This document shows, in pieces, positions 51,601 through 61,280 of a stretch of DNA of 64,000 nt; position 1 is the first letter of the stretch; each line of letters begins with the position of its first letter. The DNA is taken from NCBI GenBank assembly GCA_030867685.1, contig JAQOWU010000007.1:1054001-1118000 (forward strand). Direction: 5' to 3'. The notes under the pieces were generated by a model. It was not told the origin of the DNA and did not search any database. It saw only the letters and a list, made by a program, of their open reading frames with translations. Made by a program: the position numbers and the translations under genes. Source of the stretch: Wickerhamiella versatilis (Eukaryota).

Positions 51601-54600
51601 GACTCAGAACATTCGTGAGTACTCTTACGACAGTAATCACAAGCCCTGAATCGCCTGCTTCGAATGTACCAGGGTCAACAGGACCTAATGGACCTAGGGG
51701 GTCAGAATCAACAGGACCAAATAGCCCACAGAGCGGCAGTCCTATCACTAGTACGATTGTTACAACACTCACTACATCAGGACCAGGTTCTACGATCCCA
51801 GGTTCTACGATCCCGGAGAGCACGATTAATGGTCAGACTGTTCCAGGGAGTACCATTCCTGCTTCTACAGTTCCAGGAGGACTCAGAACATTCGTGAGTA
51901 CTCTTACGACAGTAATCACAAGCCCTGAATCGCCTGCTTCGAATGTACCAGGGTCAACAGGACCTAATGGACCTAGGGGGTCAGAATCAACAGGACCAAA
52001 TAGCCCACAGAGCGGCAGTCCTATCACTAGTACGATTGTTACAACACTCACTACATCAGGACCAGGTTCTACGATCCCAGGTTCTACGATCCCGGAGAGC
52101 ACGATTAATGGTCAGACTGTTCCAGGGAGTACCATTCCCGCATCAACAGTCCCAGGAGGACTTAGAACATTCGTGAGTACTCTTACGACGGTATTCACCG
52201 GACCAGCGCCTTCCACCAATAGAGGAACTACTACTTCTGGACCAACACCCCCTAATACTTCCCAGACCAGGCCAGTAACTTCCAGACTGCCAAGTGGTCA
52301 GACAGCGTCACCGAGTGTACCTTCTGGCTGTCTATCTAGCATTCCTGAAGGAACTGCTGCTATTGGTACCGTTGAAGAATGTATTACTGAATGTCAGTAC
52401 GTGATGCAAAGCTTCAGCTCATGTGGAAATGACAATTCATGTATTTCTGGACTTGTATCTCTAGAGGCTGTTGCGTCATGTGAAGTTTGCGTTTCCTTTT
52501 ATACCCAGGCAGTTGTGTCCAGTGAAATTTTTGTACCCACGGCTACCTATGTACCATCTTCGGTAGTCGTTCAGGCTACCTCAATATTCAGTGCAGTTGA
52601 AACTATTTACCAAACTCTTTTGAGCCAAGTTAATTATCCAACAGCATCAATATCTATGTGTGTTCCTTCGAATAGTCCTACAGGATCTCAACAGACAGGA
52701 TCTACAACGCCACTTACTGGTACATCAGGAACTACAGGACCCAACTCACCGGGCAATTCGAGACCCAACTCACCAGGGACTACAGGACCTAACTCACCGG
52801 GCAGTACGGGACCTAATTCACCAGGAACTACAGGACCTAACTCACCGGGCAGTACGGGACCTAATTCACCAGGAACTACAGGACCCAACTCACCAGGGTC
52901 TAGTGGACCTAACGCGCCAGGATCTTCGAGACCAGGTACGACAGGACCAAACAGGCCAGGGACTACAGGACCCAACTCACCAGGCAGTACGGGACCTAAT
53001 TCACCAGGGACTACAGGACCCAACTCACCAGGCAGTACGGGACCTAATTCACCAGGGACTACAGGACCCAACTCACCAGGCAGTACGGGACCTAATTCAC
53101 CAGGGACTACAGGACCCAACTCACCAGGCAATTCGGGACCCAACTCACCAGGGACTACAGGACCCAACTCACCGGGCAGTACGGGACCTAATTCACCAGG
53201 AACTACAGGACCCAACTCACCGGGCAGTACGGGACCCAACTCACCAGGATCTAGTGGACCTAATTCACCAGGCACTACAGGACCCAACTCACCAGGGTCT
53301 AGTGGACCTAATGCACCAGGATCCTCGAGACCAGGCACTACAGGACAAAACAGTCCAGGATCTACAGGACCCAACTCACCAGGGTCTAGTGGACCTAACG
53401 CGCCAGGATCTTCGAGACCAGGTACGACAGGACCAAACAGGCCAGGCACTACAGGACCCAATTCACCAGGCACCACAGGACCTAATTCACCAGGGTCTAG
53501 TGGACCTAATAATATCCCAGGATCTTCAGGACCTAACTCACCAAGCTTTACGGGACCTAGTACTCCTTTGAGCTCACGTGTGCCAAGTGGACAAACGGCG
53601 ACACCATCTATTCCATCTAACTGCATTTCTAGTATTCCGGAAGGGACCGCAGTTGTTGGAACTGTCGAGGAATGTGTTACAGAATGTCAGTATGTGGTAC
53701 AAAGCTTTCAGTCATGTAACGGTGATACTTCATGTATATCTGAGCTCGTATCCCTGACAGCTGTTGCATCCTGCGAAGTCTGTATTTCATTCTATAATGA
53801 AGCATTCATATCTAGTGAGGTTCTTGTGCCCACGGCTACTTATGCGCCATCAACGGTGGTTGTTCAGGCTACTTCAGTCTTTAGTGCAGTTGCGACTGTT
53901 TATCAGACTCTTGAGAGACAAGCAAGTTATCCTACGGGATCAATTTCACTGTGCTTCCCTTCTTCAACAGCTTCTCCTTCATCTCTAATGACGAGCCCTA
54001 CCTCAGGAAGTCTAGTACCAACTACAATCACAACCACTGTGACAACGGTACTTCCAGGTACGACAATATCACCGTCGTCCATACCTGTTTCTACTATTGG
54101 AGGAACTACTGTTCCAGCTAGTGAGGTTCCGATTTCCACCATTCCCCCAGGTACAGTCTCTTTTGTTACTACTATTACGACTTTGTTGCCTCCAGGACAA
54201 ACATATGTCTCCGTGAGTTTGAGTCAAGGCCAGACTGTGATATCTAACGGTAATACAGTTGTTATGTCCAATGCTCAATCGCAACCCCGGACAGGCTCGC
54301 TCTCCGAGGAAACGTCGCCAAGCCAGACATACTCAATGCCGAGGAGCTCTATAGAGAGTACTTCACCTCTTTCACCTTCCGGCCAAACCTCATCTCCTGC
54401 CAACACGGTACCTGGCTCATCTTCAGCGACAACACCCAATAGGCCGGCGTCAAGCTCTGTGCCCCCTTCGACGGGAATATCAACTCCTGGATATCAGCCA
54501 TCCACTCCCTGTATATCTAGCATCCCCCAAGGTACTAGCAATTTCGGTAGCCCTCAGGAATGTGTTTCAGTTTGTCAAAGCGCTTACCAGGATTTCAGAA

Positions 54601-57248
54601 GTAGTACCGGCGACATTTGTAATGTCGCAGGCTCAAGCCGAGTTACAACTTGTGAAATCTGCATTTCTTTCTATCAAAATTCCGAAATCAGCAGTCAATT
54701 ATATGCTTCCACGGCTACATACGGTATTGCAAGAACAGTAGAAACACAAATCAGTAGTGTTTCAAACCAATTGAGCTCCTACTTCTCATCGATTGCAAGT
54801 TCATGTTCCGTCTCTTCCGCGTCTGTATCAGTATGCTTACCTTCAACATCGGCCAACAGCCCTACTTCAAGCATACCTCAGTCCTCTTCACTTCCTAGGT
54901 CTTCACCATCACAACCGGTAAGCTCATCTCAAGTGAATTCTCAACCTGTCCCATCAAGCAGTCTGAGAGGTCCGAGTAGTCCAAGTGGCCCAAGTGGACC
55001 ATCGTCTGCTACTATAACAAGCTCACCTGCTAATAGTATCTCCACACAGTCACAGTCCCTACCCTCAAGCGTGGTTACGCCCACAGCTCCCACGCCTTGT
55101 ATTTCAAACATTCCTTCGGCAACTGCGTCAATTGGGTCACCACAAGAGTGTGTATCTATTTGCCAATCAGCATATCAGAACTATCAGAGTAACTCGAATA
55201 ATATTTGTGTCCTCACTTCTGAGAGCATCGTTTCACAATGTGATATATGCGTAAGTTTCTACCAAAATACTATTGTGAGTAGCTCCCTACTGCTGCCCCA
55301 GCCGACTGCTTTCGTTTCGCAGGTGTCCTCGGTCTTTAATCAGTTGTCACCACTATACTCGAGTTTGGTCCAGGTGTGTAACTATCCATCTGCGTCAGTG
55401 TCAGTGTGTGTTCCCTCATCCTCTTTACCTGGTTCGACAAACACAGGTACATCGTCACCGTCAACGCCTACCACACCAGGCACAGCGACGCCGTCGACAC
55501 CTACCACACCAGGGACACCTTCACCATCGACACCCAGCACCCCAGGTACACCAACACCTAGTACACCGGCCGCACCCAGTACACCGTCGACACCGGCTAC
55601 ACCGGCTACACCGACACCATCGACGCCAAGTACACCAGGCGTCGCATCACCGTCAACGCCAAGTACACCAGGGACACCGACACCATCGACGCCGACGACG
55701 CCAGCTACACCGACACCGTCGACACCGTCTACGCCAGCTACACCAACACCATCAACGCCAAGTACACCAGCTACACCGACACCGTCGACACCGTCTACGC
55801 CAGCTACACCAACACCATCAACGCCAAGTACACCAGCGACACCGACACCGTCGACACCGTCTACGCCAGCTACACCGACGCCATCGACACCGACGACGCC
55901 AGCTACACCAACACCATCAACGCCAAGTACACCAGCTACACCGACACCGTCGACACCGTCTACGCCAGCTACACCGACGCCATCTACACCGTCTACACCA
56001 TCTACGCCGGCTACACCGACGCCATCTACACCGTCTACACCATCGACACCGTCTACGCCGGCTACACCGACGCCATCTACAACACCGTCGACACCGTCTA
56101 CGCCAGCTACACCGACGCCATCTACACCGTCTACACCATCTACGCCGGCTACACCGACGCCATCTACACCGTCTACACCGTCGACACCGTCTACGCCGGC
56201 TACACCGACGCCATCTACACCGTCGACGCCGGCTACACCGGCTACACCGACACCATCAACGCCAACTACGCCAGCTACACCGACACCTTCGACACCGTCT
56301 ACGCCAGCTACACCGACGCCATCTATACCGACGACACCGGCTACGCCATCTACACCGACGACGCCGACAACTCCAACAACTCCTACGAGCTCAACACCAC
56401 AAAGTACAGCAACCACACCTGTCATACCTACTCCTTGTGTGTCAAGCCTTCCCCAAGGTACATCTGCGATTGGTAGCCCTCAACAATGTGTTCAACACTG
56501 CCGCGTGGTACAAGAGCGCTACGATGCCTGCCAAGGCTCTCAATCGGATAGCAACTGTGTGTGCATGGTTGCTTCGTTACAAGATACTGTAAATTGCGAT
56601 ATTTGTCGGTCCTACTATCTTCAGTCCGACGTGATAACACAAAGTGGAGAATCGTCCAGTGATATTAGTATCTTTCAAAATGTGGCATCTGCCTATTCGG
56701 CTTTTGACTCGCAGTGTCAGTACGGCGTGAACAGTGTCAGTGTGTGCTTCCCATCTACCACAAGCTCAGCTACTCCATCTTCAACTGCTTCCCTACCATC
56801 AACTACGCCTACAACTCCCACAACAACTTCTCGTATGACTTCTCCTTCACGGCCGCGTCTAACAACCATCACAGGTGGCCCTAGCGTCATTCAATCTGAA
56901 GCTACTATCACTTCATCGTATATCACCTCAACAGATATTTTTACAAATGAGGAATTTATGTCTGTACTTACTGTCCCAGGGTCAGTGGTCCCAGTAACAG
57001 TTGTTTCCGGTGCTGTTGTGTATTCAACAGCTACTGTGATGAACACGCAAGCTGCTGAATGCGTTGTAACTTATCAAAACTGTATGTATGGTGGTGAAAA
57101 ATGGGGTAAATGGGGCAAGTGGAAGTGGTTCTGGCTCAAGCATAAGCATTATGGTGGTCAAGCGCATTGTGTAACACAACTTCAATCTTGCAGATGTGGT
57201 GCCGGTCAAACTGGATATTGTGGAAATATACCAGCCCCAACCGCATAG
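42669..57248 (+). CDS. Giant secreted Ser/Thr/Pro-rich mucin/adhesin-like protein (~4,860 aa) with seven Cys-rich modules
   Basis: Uninterrupted 14.6 kb ORF; signal peptide [19 protein letters not shown] from ATG 42669 (upstream ATGs at 42636/42639 also in frame); multiple tandem repeat blocks; no hydrophobic C-terminal GPI signal. Confidence 0.9.
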   Translation: MFRLVTLWLFAAQLPGAHAWFWCWANGNWGGHCQDASCNQECNGCCITVDHSFEYRLKKIFKKQYHASWVVSMTQCPETALLTAVLPNFQTSVITTSLDATCCENSTPQTQTQGNQVVENTIVQQVPVTVTQQGVTVTQPAQTITQQGSTITQPAQTVTVTGPGSTIVNSQVVTEQGPGTTVTQPGSTITQPASQTTVYVSQTVTQPAAQPDTITVTQPGQNSPADTVTVTQPGSAASPSTVTITAPGSNSPAETVTVTQPGSGANPSTVTVTAPGSNGPAETVTVTQPGSGANPSTVTVTAPGSNSPAETVTVTQPGSGANPSTVTVTAPGSNSPAGTVTVTQPGSGANPSTVTVTAPGSNGPTETVTVTQPGSAANPSTVTVTAPGSNSPAETVTVTQPGSGANPSTVTVTAPGSNGPTETVTVTQPGSGANPSTVTVTAPGSNGPTETVTVTQPGSGANPSTVTVTAPGSNGPAGTVTVTQPGSGASPSTVTVTAPGSSGPTETVTVTQPGSAANPSTVTVTAPGSNGPTATVTVTQPGDTGGGGTSTLTVTQPQSSCGAPSTVTVTSNSAFLSSTELATTPSGTTPTGLTSSSTGSPSVSVPSVCISNLPQGTSMFGSPAQCASFCSEAQQAFESCSSTSSVSGSSSRSCICDLTTNSQVQQCFICRDFYIDSQVAGAPSGTPVSALPSAITQVATLYSQLVSSCTSYSSSTISLCLSSPASLPSSLTTQPSSLQSPGPSSATSPSAAETSSAVPSLSVVTSRQTSLPNSGTSSQRIPSSLVSRASETSSPTQESLSTSPEGSLTTSAPESTFSQTATNSLSSHLTYSSISSVGSVETNSQGFTSSAANGYTSIFNSASVSVSSSGPSINTSGMSPGTYTTELTVTVTSVSAGTTLYSTVQGTTRPGTTLYSTLPMSVLPPVTSTRVTTITTTFTVSAGSSVPSSGIPVSTVPASSTQVSSGPYSSGPYSSGPYSSGPYSSGPASSTPESTGPASSAPESSGSYSSGPASGTPESSGPTSSAPESSGPASGTPESSGPTSSAPESSGTYSSGPVSGTEISTSPATGCITDIPQGSSTFGSVSQCGTVCGFIFSEYSNCRGNANCICGLTSRINQCAACQAFYSYSEVSSSLGGVAVPAITEVATVISALQATCSYTPTPISLCLGGSNTGGVSTYTPTVTVMPTTTLPGSTNTVQNPDSTIQASASTESVPGADSTIVGTTGTFTLPESTMTVNGSVVTLTGPLSSVVSTIPISVTASNMATVSTPVQSSSPIGQSTGSSKTSQTQAISSVGSSNVSSVPTTVPSSGTVSSSSSVNQSATNGQTSEESSPESVSSSLTSISNPSLNYYTSTIVSTLISTIPGSVIQGSTIPGSTSGGYTIPASTIPASTVAGSTTTVLSTVTTRLQSSPSPSSQGVSSSNSSPNAVTTTDTAVTSLVTSFPQQISSEASAPESTSESPANSPPISYFTSTILSTLFSTLPGSVVQGSTIPESTSGGYTIPASVIPAQTVAGGTTTILLTVTTSLQNSPSQVTEENPSQTTTSGTSSVNSDVESSIPLNTITSTVPGTTVEQSTLETGGSTEVISGTTRDPTVETILSTVYRTISRQDISTDVSVSSQVDGDTTRYITMVRTITQGNDPNEQNTATAVVPTSTGTSTRPNSGDGAAGGSGSGGGSGEATAGGNNASAGGSGSGNGSGEATAGGNNASAGGSGSGNGSGEATAGGNNASTGGSGSGNGANDPNGQNTATVVVPTSTGTSTRPNSGDGAAGGSGSGGGSGEATAGGNNASAGGSGSGNGSGEATAGGNNASAGGSGSGNGSGEATAGGNNASAGGSGSGSGSGEATAGGNNASAGGSGSGSGSGQATAGGNNASAGGSGSGNGSGEATAGGNNASAGGSGSGNGSGQATAGGNNASAGGSGSGNGSGEATAGGNNASAGGSGSGNGSGEATAGGNNASAGGSGSGSGSGEATAGGNNASAGGSGSGNGSGEANAGGNSVSAGASSPESRPAVTPGVYTSTYYSTRLSTIPGSTISASVIPGTTIAGYNVPGTTIPGSTQSGTTSLMVVTVTEVLSTTPSGYVTLNSGQGTESASSVPTSETLETNRPTTGESFAPSVTMPVTASLPVNTSGEAPGTYTTTILTTVTETQSPSTIFTTLSGSPVATGSPISTIQASTVTNVRTVTIVYTVGSETEASPTGAGASAFASASASASASAGASAQASVSVPSQNSQPNGSGSEGPGNSRGNSPITSTITTTLLSTLPGSTIPGSTIPESTINGRTVPGSTIPASTVPGQTSTLITTLTTVISGPESPSSNAPESAGPSGPNGLSGSITGNSPVTSFIVSTMTSTGPGSTIPGSTIPESTVNGQTIPGSTIPASTVPGGASTFVSTLTTVITSPESHSSNVPSTMGPQVSESTGPNAPSSIGPNGPSGPSGSELTGPNSSQTNVPVTSTIATTLTTSGPGSTIPGSTIPESTVNGQTIPGSTIPASTVPGGLRTFVSTLTTVITSPESPASNVPGSTGPNGPSGSESTGPNSPQSGSPITSTIVTTLTTSGPGSTIPGSTIPESTVNGQTVPGSTIPASTIPGGVTTFVSTLTTVITSPESPSSNALGSTGPNGPSRSESTGPNSPQSGRPITSTIATTLTTSGPGSTIPGSTIPESTVNGQTVPGSTIPASTVPGGLRTFVSTFTTVITSPESPASNVPGSTGPNGPSGSESTGPNSPSSARPSGLESTGPNSPQSGSPITSTIVTTLTTSGPGSTIPGSTIPESTINGQTVPGSTIPASTVPGGLRTFVSTLTTVITSPESPASNVPGSTGPNGPRGSESTGPNSPQSGSPITSTIVTTLTTSGPGSTIPGSTIPESTINGQTVPGSTIPASTVPGGLRTFVSTLTTVITSPESPASNVPGSTGPNGPRGSESTGPNSPQSGSPITSTIVTTLTTSGPGSTIPGSTIPESTINGQTVPGSTIPASTVPGGLRTFVSTLTTVITSPESPASNVPGSTGPNGPRGSESTGPNSPQSGSPITSTIVTTLTTSGPGSTIPGSTIPESTINGQTVPGSTIPASTVPGGLRTFVSTLTTVITSPESPASNVPGSTGPNGPRGSESTGPNSPQSGSPITSTIVTTLTTSGPGSTIPGSTIPESTINGQTVPGSTIPASTVPGGLRTFVSTLTTVFTGPAPSTNRGTTTSGPTPPNTSQTRPVTSRLPSGQTASPSVPSGCLSSIPEGTAAIGTVEECITECQYVMQSFSSCGNDNSCISGLVSLEAVASCEVCVSFYTQAVVSSEIFVPTATYVPSSVVVQATSIFSAVETIYQTLLSQVNYPTASISMCVPSNSPTGSQQTGSTTPLTGTSGTTGPNSPGNSRPNSPGTTGPNSPGSTGPNSPGTTGPNSPGSTGPNSPGTTGPNSPGSSGPNAPGSSRPGTTGPNRPGTTGPNSPGSTGPNSPGTTGPNSPGSTGPNSPGTTGPNSPGSTGPNSPGTTGPNSPGNSGPNSPGTTGPNSPGSTGPNSPGTTGPNSPGSTGPNSPGSSGPNSPGTTGPNSPGSSGPNAPGSSRPGTTGQNSPGSTGPNSPGSSGPNAPGSSRPGTTGPNRPGTTGPNSPGTTGPNSPGSSGPNNIPGSSGPNSPSFTGPSTPLSSRVPSGQTATPSIPSNCISSIPEGTAVVGTVEECVTECQYVVQSFQSCNGDTSCISELVSLTAVASCEVCISFYNEAFISSEVLVPTATYAPSTVVVQATSVFSAVATVYQTLERQASYPTGSISLCFPSSTASPSSLMTSPTSGSLVPTTITTTVTTVLPGTTISPSSIPVSTIGGTTVPASEVPISTIPPGTVSFVTTITTLLPPGQTYVSVSLSQGQTVISNGNTVVMSNAQSQPRTGSLSEETSPSQTYSMPRSSIESTSPLSPSGQTSSPANTVPGSSSATTPNRPASSSVPPSTGISTPGYQPSTPCISSIPQGTSNFGSPQECVSVCQSAYQDFRSSTGDICNVAGSSRVTTCEICISFYQNSEISSQLYASTATYGIARTVETQISSVSNQLSSYFSSIASSCSVSSASVSVCLPSTSANSPTSSIPQSSSLPRSSPSQPVSSSQVNSQPVPSSSLRGPSSPSGPSGPSSATITSSPANSISTQSQSLPSSVVTPTAPTPCISNIPSATASIGSPQECVSICQSAYQNYQSNSNNICVLTSESIVSQCDICVSFYQNTIVSSSLLLPQPTAFVSQVSSVFNQLSPLYSSLVQVCNYPSASVSVCVPSSSLPGSTNTGTSSPSTPTTPGTATPSTPTTPGTPSPSTPSTPGTPTPSTPAAPSTPSTPATPATPTPSTPSTPGVASPSTPSTPGTPTPSTPTTPATPTPSTPSTPATPTPSTPSTPATPTPSTPSTPATPTPSTPSTPATPTPSTPSTPATPTPSTPTTPATPTPSTPSTPATPTPSTPSTPATPTPSTPSTPSTPATPTPSTPSTPSTPSTPATPTPSTTPSTPSTPATPTPSTPSTPSTPATPTPSTPSTPSTPSTPATPTPSTPSTPATPATPTPSTPTTPATPTPSTPSTPATPTPSIPTTPATPSTPTTPTTPTTPTSSTPQSTATTPVIPTPCVSSLPQGTSAIGSPQQCVQHCRVVQERYDACQGSQSDSNCVCMVASLQDTVNCDICRSYYLQSDVITQSGESSSDISIFQNVASAYSAFDSQCQYGVNSVSVCFPSTTSSATPSSTASLPSTTPTTPTTTSRMTSPSRPRLTTITGGPSVIQSEATITSSYITSTDIFTNEEFMSVLTVPGSVVPVTVVSGAVVYSTATVMNTQAAECVVTYQNCMYGGEKWGKWGKWKWFWLKHKHYGGQAHCVTQLQSCRCGAGQTGYCGNIPAPTA
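43340..44290 (+). repeat. 84-nt coding tandem repeat ([28 protein letters not shown], about 11 copies)
   Basis: Directly visible; built of two related 14-aa halves. Confidence 0.93.
45557..45840 (+). repeat. 15-nt SSGPY repeat and derived 30/60-nt SSGPxSxxPE repeats
   Basis: 'tcgagcggaccatat' x4 followed by related units. Confidence 0.88.
47587..48665 (+). repeat. 63-nt Gly/Ser/Ala/Asn coding repeat ([21 protein letters not shown], about 14 copies in two blocks)
   Basis: Directly visible; the NDPN..PNSGDG spacer is itself duplicated. Confidence 0.93.
49410..52200 (+). repeat. 279-nt (93-aa) megasatellite, about 10 copies, the last four or five near-identical
   Basis: Identical shadow ORFs recur at 279-nt spacing (50996, 51275, 51554, 51833). 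Confidence 0.95.
52730..53550 (+). repeat. 24-nt coding repeat (GPNSPG[ST][ST])
   Basis: Directly visible. Confidence 0.92.
55455..56400 (+). repeat. Thr-Pro-Ser/Ala low-complexity repeat (TPSTPATP)
   Basis: Directly visible; very C/A-rich. Confidence 0.92.
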
Positions 57249-57651
57249 ATATCTCTAATCTTCCCTTTGGATCTTCCGTAGAAATTCTCATTCTAAGTTG
57301 CTAATTCAAATCATTTTTATTATCAGTTGAATATATATGTTTTTTTTTATCTTTTACTTTTGCCAGTACCCAATTACACCCAATTACGATAAAGCATTCA
57401 TGGCTTGAGATTCACTATCCAGAATTCTAGGGCTCGCAATATAATTTGGTAATTTAAGGGGGGTTTTCATTAATTCCATTTTATACCATTTATAGATTCT
57501 AACAACTGTGAGTTATTTGTCACACATCAACTTCATTGTCCAGGAAAACTATGAGCTCATTGAAAGACATTTGTGCGAATTTTTTTAAAGCTCAAATGCG
57601 TAATGTAATTGTTATTGCGTTTCATGGAAATCTCAATGCTTATCTTTTTTC

Positions 57652-58707
57652 ATGTGGGCTAGGGCTGAGACAATGATGGACGTTTTTGTCACTGCCATAG
57701 CACATAAGTGCCTCGAGTTGGTGGCATTACTTGCGGCTCCTCAGTTCGACACTTCCAATACACTGTTAATAGACGATGATCAGAGTATTAAGGCGACACT
57801 GGCTCGTAGATTGATGGTGTGGGATTCTGTCCATTACTGTGCCCTAGCTCAACGTGGGGTCCAATACGAACATGAATATGCCTTCTGGAATTTGTGGCCA
57901 AAAATAATAAGGTTTGTGTGCCCAACAACGTCATTGATTGATCTCTCATTAACTAGTGCTGGTCTTAGCTTTCTTGCCCATCTTTGTGCAGTTGTTATAT
58001 TTTACCATTTGACAAAGAGCACACACCAAGACAGTGCACGCAATGCAGCGACTGCATATCTATTAAGCCCTGCAGGCTTGTTCTTAGTTGGTGGATATCC
58101 TGAAAGTGCCTTTGCATTAGCATGCTTTCTTGGCATTTTCCTGTTTCGACGGAAATATCGGGTTTTTGCGGGAGCAGTATTTGGATTTGCAACACTTTTG
58201 AGGTCGAATGGTTTGCTCTGGGGTTCATTGTTTGCCGTTGATTTTCTTCGAAAGCCAACTATGGGCACTTTCGTTGGTGGTAGCTTCATAGCCGTAGCAT
58301 TCATTTGGCCTCAATTCAAGGCATACCTACAGTGGTGTCCTGGGAGACCGTGGTGTGAATCTACAATACCCTTTATTTATAGCTATGTGCAGTCTCATTA
58401 CTGGAATGTTGGTTTTCTTCGATATTGGACATTCAATAATATTCCAAACTTTCTTTTCGGTCTGCCTACTATTTTAATACTCCTATTATCTCTTCCAGGC
58501 CAACCTCTTGATCTACAACTGGTCCAAGGTGCCATTCTTGTTGGTGCAATATTTTTCTGGCATGTGCAAATATTGACCCGTATCGCATCGTGCCTTCCCG
58601 GGCCTTATTGGTACATTGCCCGTGGAAACCGTCGTTGGCTGCTTTACTTTTCAGCTTGGACTCTGTCACAAGCTGTGCTTTACGGTTCGTTCTTACCTCC
58701 GGCTTAA
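57652..58707 (+). CDS. GPI18: GPI mannosyltransferase II (PIG-V); start may be ATG 57673
   Basis: 'FDTS', 'VWDSVHY', 'YEHEYAF', 'SPAGLFL..YPES.FA', 'RSNGLLWG', 'YSYVQSHYWNVGFLRYWT.NNIPNFLF', C-terminal 'FLPPA'. Confidence 0.93.
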   Translation: MWARAETMMDVFVTAIAHKCLELVALLAAPQFDTSNTLLIDDDQSIKATLARRLMVWDSVHYCALAQRGVQYEHEYAFWNLWPKIIRFVCPTTSLIDLSLTSAGLSFLAHLCAVVIFYHLTKSTHQDSARNAATAYLLSPAGLFLVGGYPESAFALACFLGIFLFRRKYRVFAGAVFGFATLLRSNGLLWGSLFAVDFLRKPTMGTFVGGSFIAVAFIWPQFKAYLQWCPGRPWCESTIPFIYSYVQSHYWNVGFLRYWTFNNIPNFLFGLPTILILLLSLPGQPLDLQLVQGAILVGAIFFWHVQILTRIASCLPGPYWYIARGNRRWLLYFSAWTLSQAVLYGSFLPPA

Positions 58708-58988
58708 TTATGGGTCATCGCCTCCCTACGTGTAGCCTCCTCGAGGAGTGTAGTGTCAACAGCGGTGGTGGGTAGATGTATGTATCTCACTACTGAGCCA
58801 CGAATAAAAAGATTCCGACAGGCCTTTAAAAAAGGGAATTTTGCTTCATCTGATACTGTAATGTCATCAAGGCGTATATTATGATATTGGTCCACAGATT
58901 TCAAGCTCCCTGTTACCTTCAGATTATTCTTCAGTTCGACGGTCAGTTCTTGACCGACGAGTGTCTTCATGAAGGAGAATAATAGCAT
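58704..58988 (-). CDS. LSM2: Sm-like protein Lsm2
   Basis: 'MLLFSFMKTLV..ELTVELKN..G.LKSVDQY.NI.L..FIRGSVVRYI..VDT.LLEEATRRE'. Confidence 0.95.
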   Translation of the reverse strand: MLLFSFMKTLVGQELTVELKNNLKVTGSLKSVDQYHNIRLDDITVSDEAKFPFLKACRNLFIRGSVVRYIHLPTTAVDTTLLEEATRREAMTHN

Positions 58989-59166
58989 ATTGCAATACTG
59001 ATGTGCCGATGACTAAACTAGATAATAAGCTTGTGATACTAGTCTATGGTTGTTTATCTTCAAATTCAGGAAAGCATATTGTATTTTCTATTATACTACA
59101 TATCAGCTGTAGCTGTGAGATAAATAATAAGATGAAGGGTGGAGAAACAGAAGCATTGTAAGACGA

Positions 59167-59754
59167 CTAATTAATAATTTCCATGAGACCCTGTTGTGCA
59201 AATCGTTGTACCTGTGAACGGCGAGCGTAGAAATATTGGTCTTTTCGTAACGTGATGACACCGTTCTCAGTGACAACATCGCCACCATCTACGAGAATAC
59301 GAACTTCGCAGTAGGCATCCTGGGGAGGCTCTAATGGAAACGTCAGGTCTGACTCCAAATATTCGCCTTTCAGTTCAGTAACTAAATTAGAATAGGCTCG
59401 AAGATAAGCAAGTTCCGGGGTATTGAGATGTGCACGGTTTAAAACCTTCTCGTCCCATACTTGTGCTTCGATCTTAGACGCACGAACACGATGGTACGCA
59501 CTAAGACACCTTTTATTTCGCGAAATACATGTTAAGAACAACACATAGGGGAGTTCTAACAACCTATTTTCGCCACCTAGCGAGTCGTTTCCGGATTCAC
59601 TAGCAGCGAGTCTGGCAGAGTTGGCTCGGTCTCGCTGGACTGCAATCTCACTAACAATTGCACGACGTAGATTCCACTGATACTCGGGTAGCTCCTCCAG
59701 CTCCTGCGTACGTTCAGCCTCATCCATCAACTTACTGGCAAATTCACAGAGCAT
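59167..59754 (-). CDS. PSF1: GINS complex subunit Psf1
   Basis: 'RNKRCLSAYH.VR', 'DLT.PLEPP.D.Y.EVRIL.DGG.V.TE.G...L.KD..FY.R'. Confidence 0.9.
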   Translation of the reverse strand: MLCEFASKLMDEAERTQELEELPEYQWNLRRAIVSEIAVQRDRANSARLAASESGNDSLGGENRLLELPYVLFLTCISRNKRCLSAYHRVRASKIEAQVWDEKVLNRAHLNTPELAYLRAYSNLVTELKGEYLESDLTFPLEPPQDAYCEVRILVDGGDVVTENGVITLRKDQYFYARRSQVQRFAQQGLMEIIN

Positions 59755-59756
59755 CA

Positions 59757-59762
59757 ACGCGT
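59757..59762. promoter_or_regulatory. MCB element (ACGCGT) directly before PSF1
   Basis: Exact hexamer 2 nt upstream of the ATG of a DNA replication gene. Confidence 0.45.
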
Positions 59763-59882
59763 CAAATACAAACCTTACCCTGTATTTGACTCTCGTCGAA
59801 CCTCCACATTCTATATGTGTGTGTGTGGAGTCTATGGAAGAAATTCAGTTCATACTTAAATATTTAGAGCTTCTTTTACCAT

Positions 59883-61232
59883 CTAAGCGAACAATGCAAA
59901 GTCTTTATCTACTACTGGCTCCGCCTTTTGCTCATCTTCGACGAATTCAGCATCATCCATTGTTATACCCCTGCCAAACAGGTTACTGAAGAGATCTTCA
60001 GCCTGTTCATCTGTCCAATTGAAGACATTTCGTGGTGCATCAAAGCCCTGAATCTTCTCCTGCACATGATACCGTAGCTTCCTACCTTTGGAGGCCTTCG
60101 TATCCACTTTCCTCTTGGAATGGGACTTGTCAACCTTGAAATTTATTCCTTGCGCAACATTGGGATCAGCCATCCGTCTTTCCACGAGATCCCTCAGGAG
60201 AAGTCGGTAAAAATCTGTATCGTCGAAAATATCGGTGGACTCGGCCGGAACTTCGCCATTGATATGGAAAGACGATCGATTGATATATGTTCTTCCGACA
60301 AGGCGTTCCATATCGGTAAGGACTGTATGAACCTGTTGGGTTGCAGACTGATTGAGACTTTTGAATTGATGCTGGAGTACACGTTGCCCACTGGAAAGCT
60401 GGACCTTTCGAGACCATTTAGTCAAAATAGAATCTCTGTTCGACCTGAGATCGCTGTCTAGTGTTTTAGTTAAGTCATCAAGTTCGTCAAGTCGATGCTT
60501 TCTTGGAAGTGCCTCTTTATTTCCAGTGAGTCTCTCGCGAAGAGATTGCATTTCGTAAATGAGATTTTTTAGCGCTTCTATGGCCTCATTTGAAGACTCG
60601 ACATCAGTATTTGTTACTGAAAGAATTTTTTGAACTGTGATACGGATGTCAAGTAGTTCCTCCCATATGGCCATCTGTGCCTGCACAGCGCAGCCCTTAG
60701 AGACATCAGCAGCTTGGTTCTCCTTTAACCGAGAAGCCATGTTTGCGTTTTCAGACTCCAATATTCTTTTCACTTCAGATATTTGTGTCCCTTGATTACC
60801 TTCTTTTGACGATTGCTCACCATCAGAGCTGTCAGAGTCATCTTCAATCCCTTGCTGGTCACTCATTGAAGTCAGTGAATCACTTTCATCATCATTTGAG
60901 CTTTCTTGAATCTCACTTTCGAAGTTATTCGGCCTCGCTCCCAGATCCAAACCAGAGGGGTCCGAAGAACTCGAGTCGCTATCAGAATTAGATGCTTCAT
61001 GGTCATTCATATTTTCACGGGATACTCGCTGGCCTTTGTATTTCTCGTTTTCTAGGTCAAGGTCATCATGACGGAGCCGACTGCGTCCTACGTCGATGTA
61101 ATGTGCTCGAGCCTGCTCAGCTTCATCGCCCGAAGATTCTGAACCTTCATCATTGTTGATGTTTTCAGGATCATTGTCCTCAGGCTCAGGATTCGCAAGA
61201 TCCGCCAACTTTTCCGATAGTGATTTCGCCAT
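59883..61232 (-). CDS. BFR2: SSU processome factor Bfr2/AATF
   Basis: 'HYIDVGRSRLR', 'KG.AV..Q...W..LLDIRI..QK', 'IFDDTDFYR.LLRDLVE', 'VDTKASKGRKLRY.V.EKI'. Confidence 0.93.
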   Translation of the reverse strand: MAKSLSEKLADLANPEPEDNDPENINNDEGSESSGDEAEQARAHYIDVGRSRLRHDDLDLENEKYKGQRVSRENMNDHEASNSDSDSSSSDPSGLDLGARPNNFESEIQESSNDDESDSLTSMSDQQGIEDDSDSSDGEQSSKEGNQGTQISEVKRILESENANMASRLKENQAADVSKGCAVQAQMAIWEELLDIRITVQKILSVTNTDVESSNEAIEALKNLIYEMQSLRERLTGNKEALPRKHRLDELDDLTKTLDSDLRSNRDSILTKWSRKVQLSSGQRVLQHQFKSLNQSATQQVHTVLTDMERLVGRTYINRSSFHINGEVPAESTDIFDDTDFYRLLLRDLVERRMADPNVAQGINFKVDKSHSKRKVDTKASKGRKLRYHVQEKIQGFDAPRNVFNWTDEQAEDLFSNLFGRGITMDDAEFVEDEQKAEPVVDKDFALFA

Positions 61233-61280
61233 CAAGAAATATTCCTATAAAAATTATATAATCAAATGTTTTTTTGAAGC

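Noticed and set aside
43340..53550. Regular repeats as a CRISPR-like or mobile-element array
   Set aside because: Unit lengths are multiples of 3 with synonymous variation and no unique spacers; no transposase, LTR or cas gene; eukaryotic context
45314..56592. Long alternative-frame and antisense ORFs inside the giant gene (e.g. 47528-48709, 47968-48867, 52660-53571, 55382-56425, His/Arg-rich 55408-56592)
   Set aside because: They are shadows of in-frame tandem repeats that lack stop codons in other frames; their boundaries coincide with the repeat blocks
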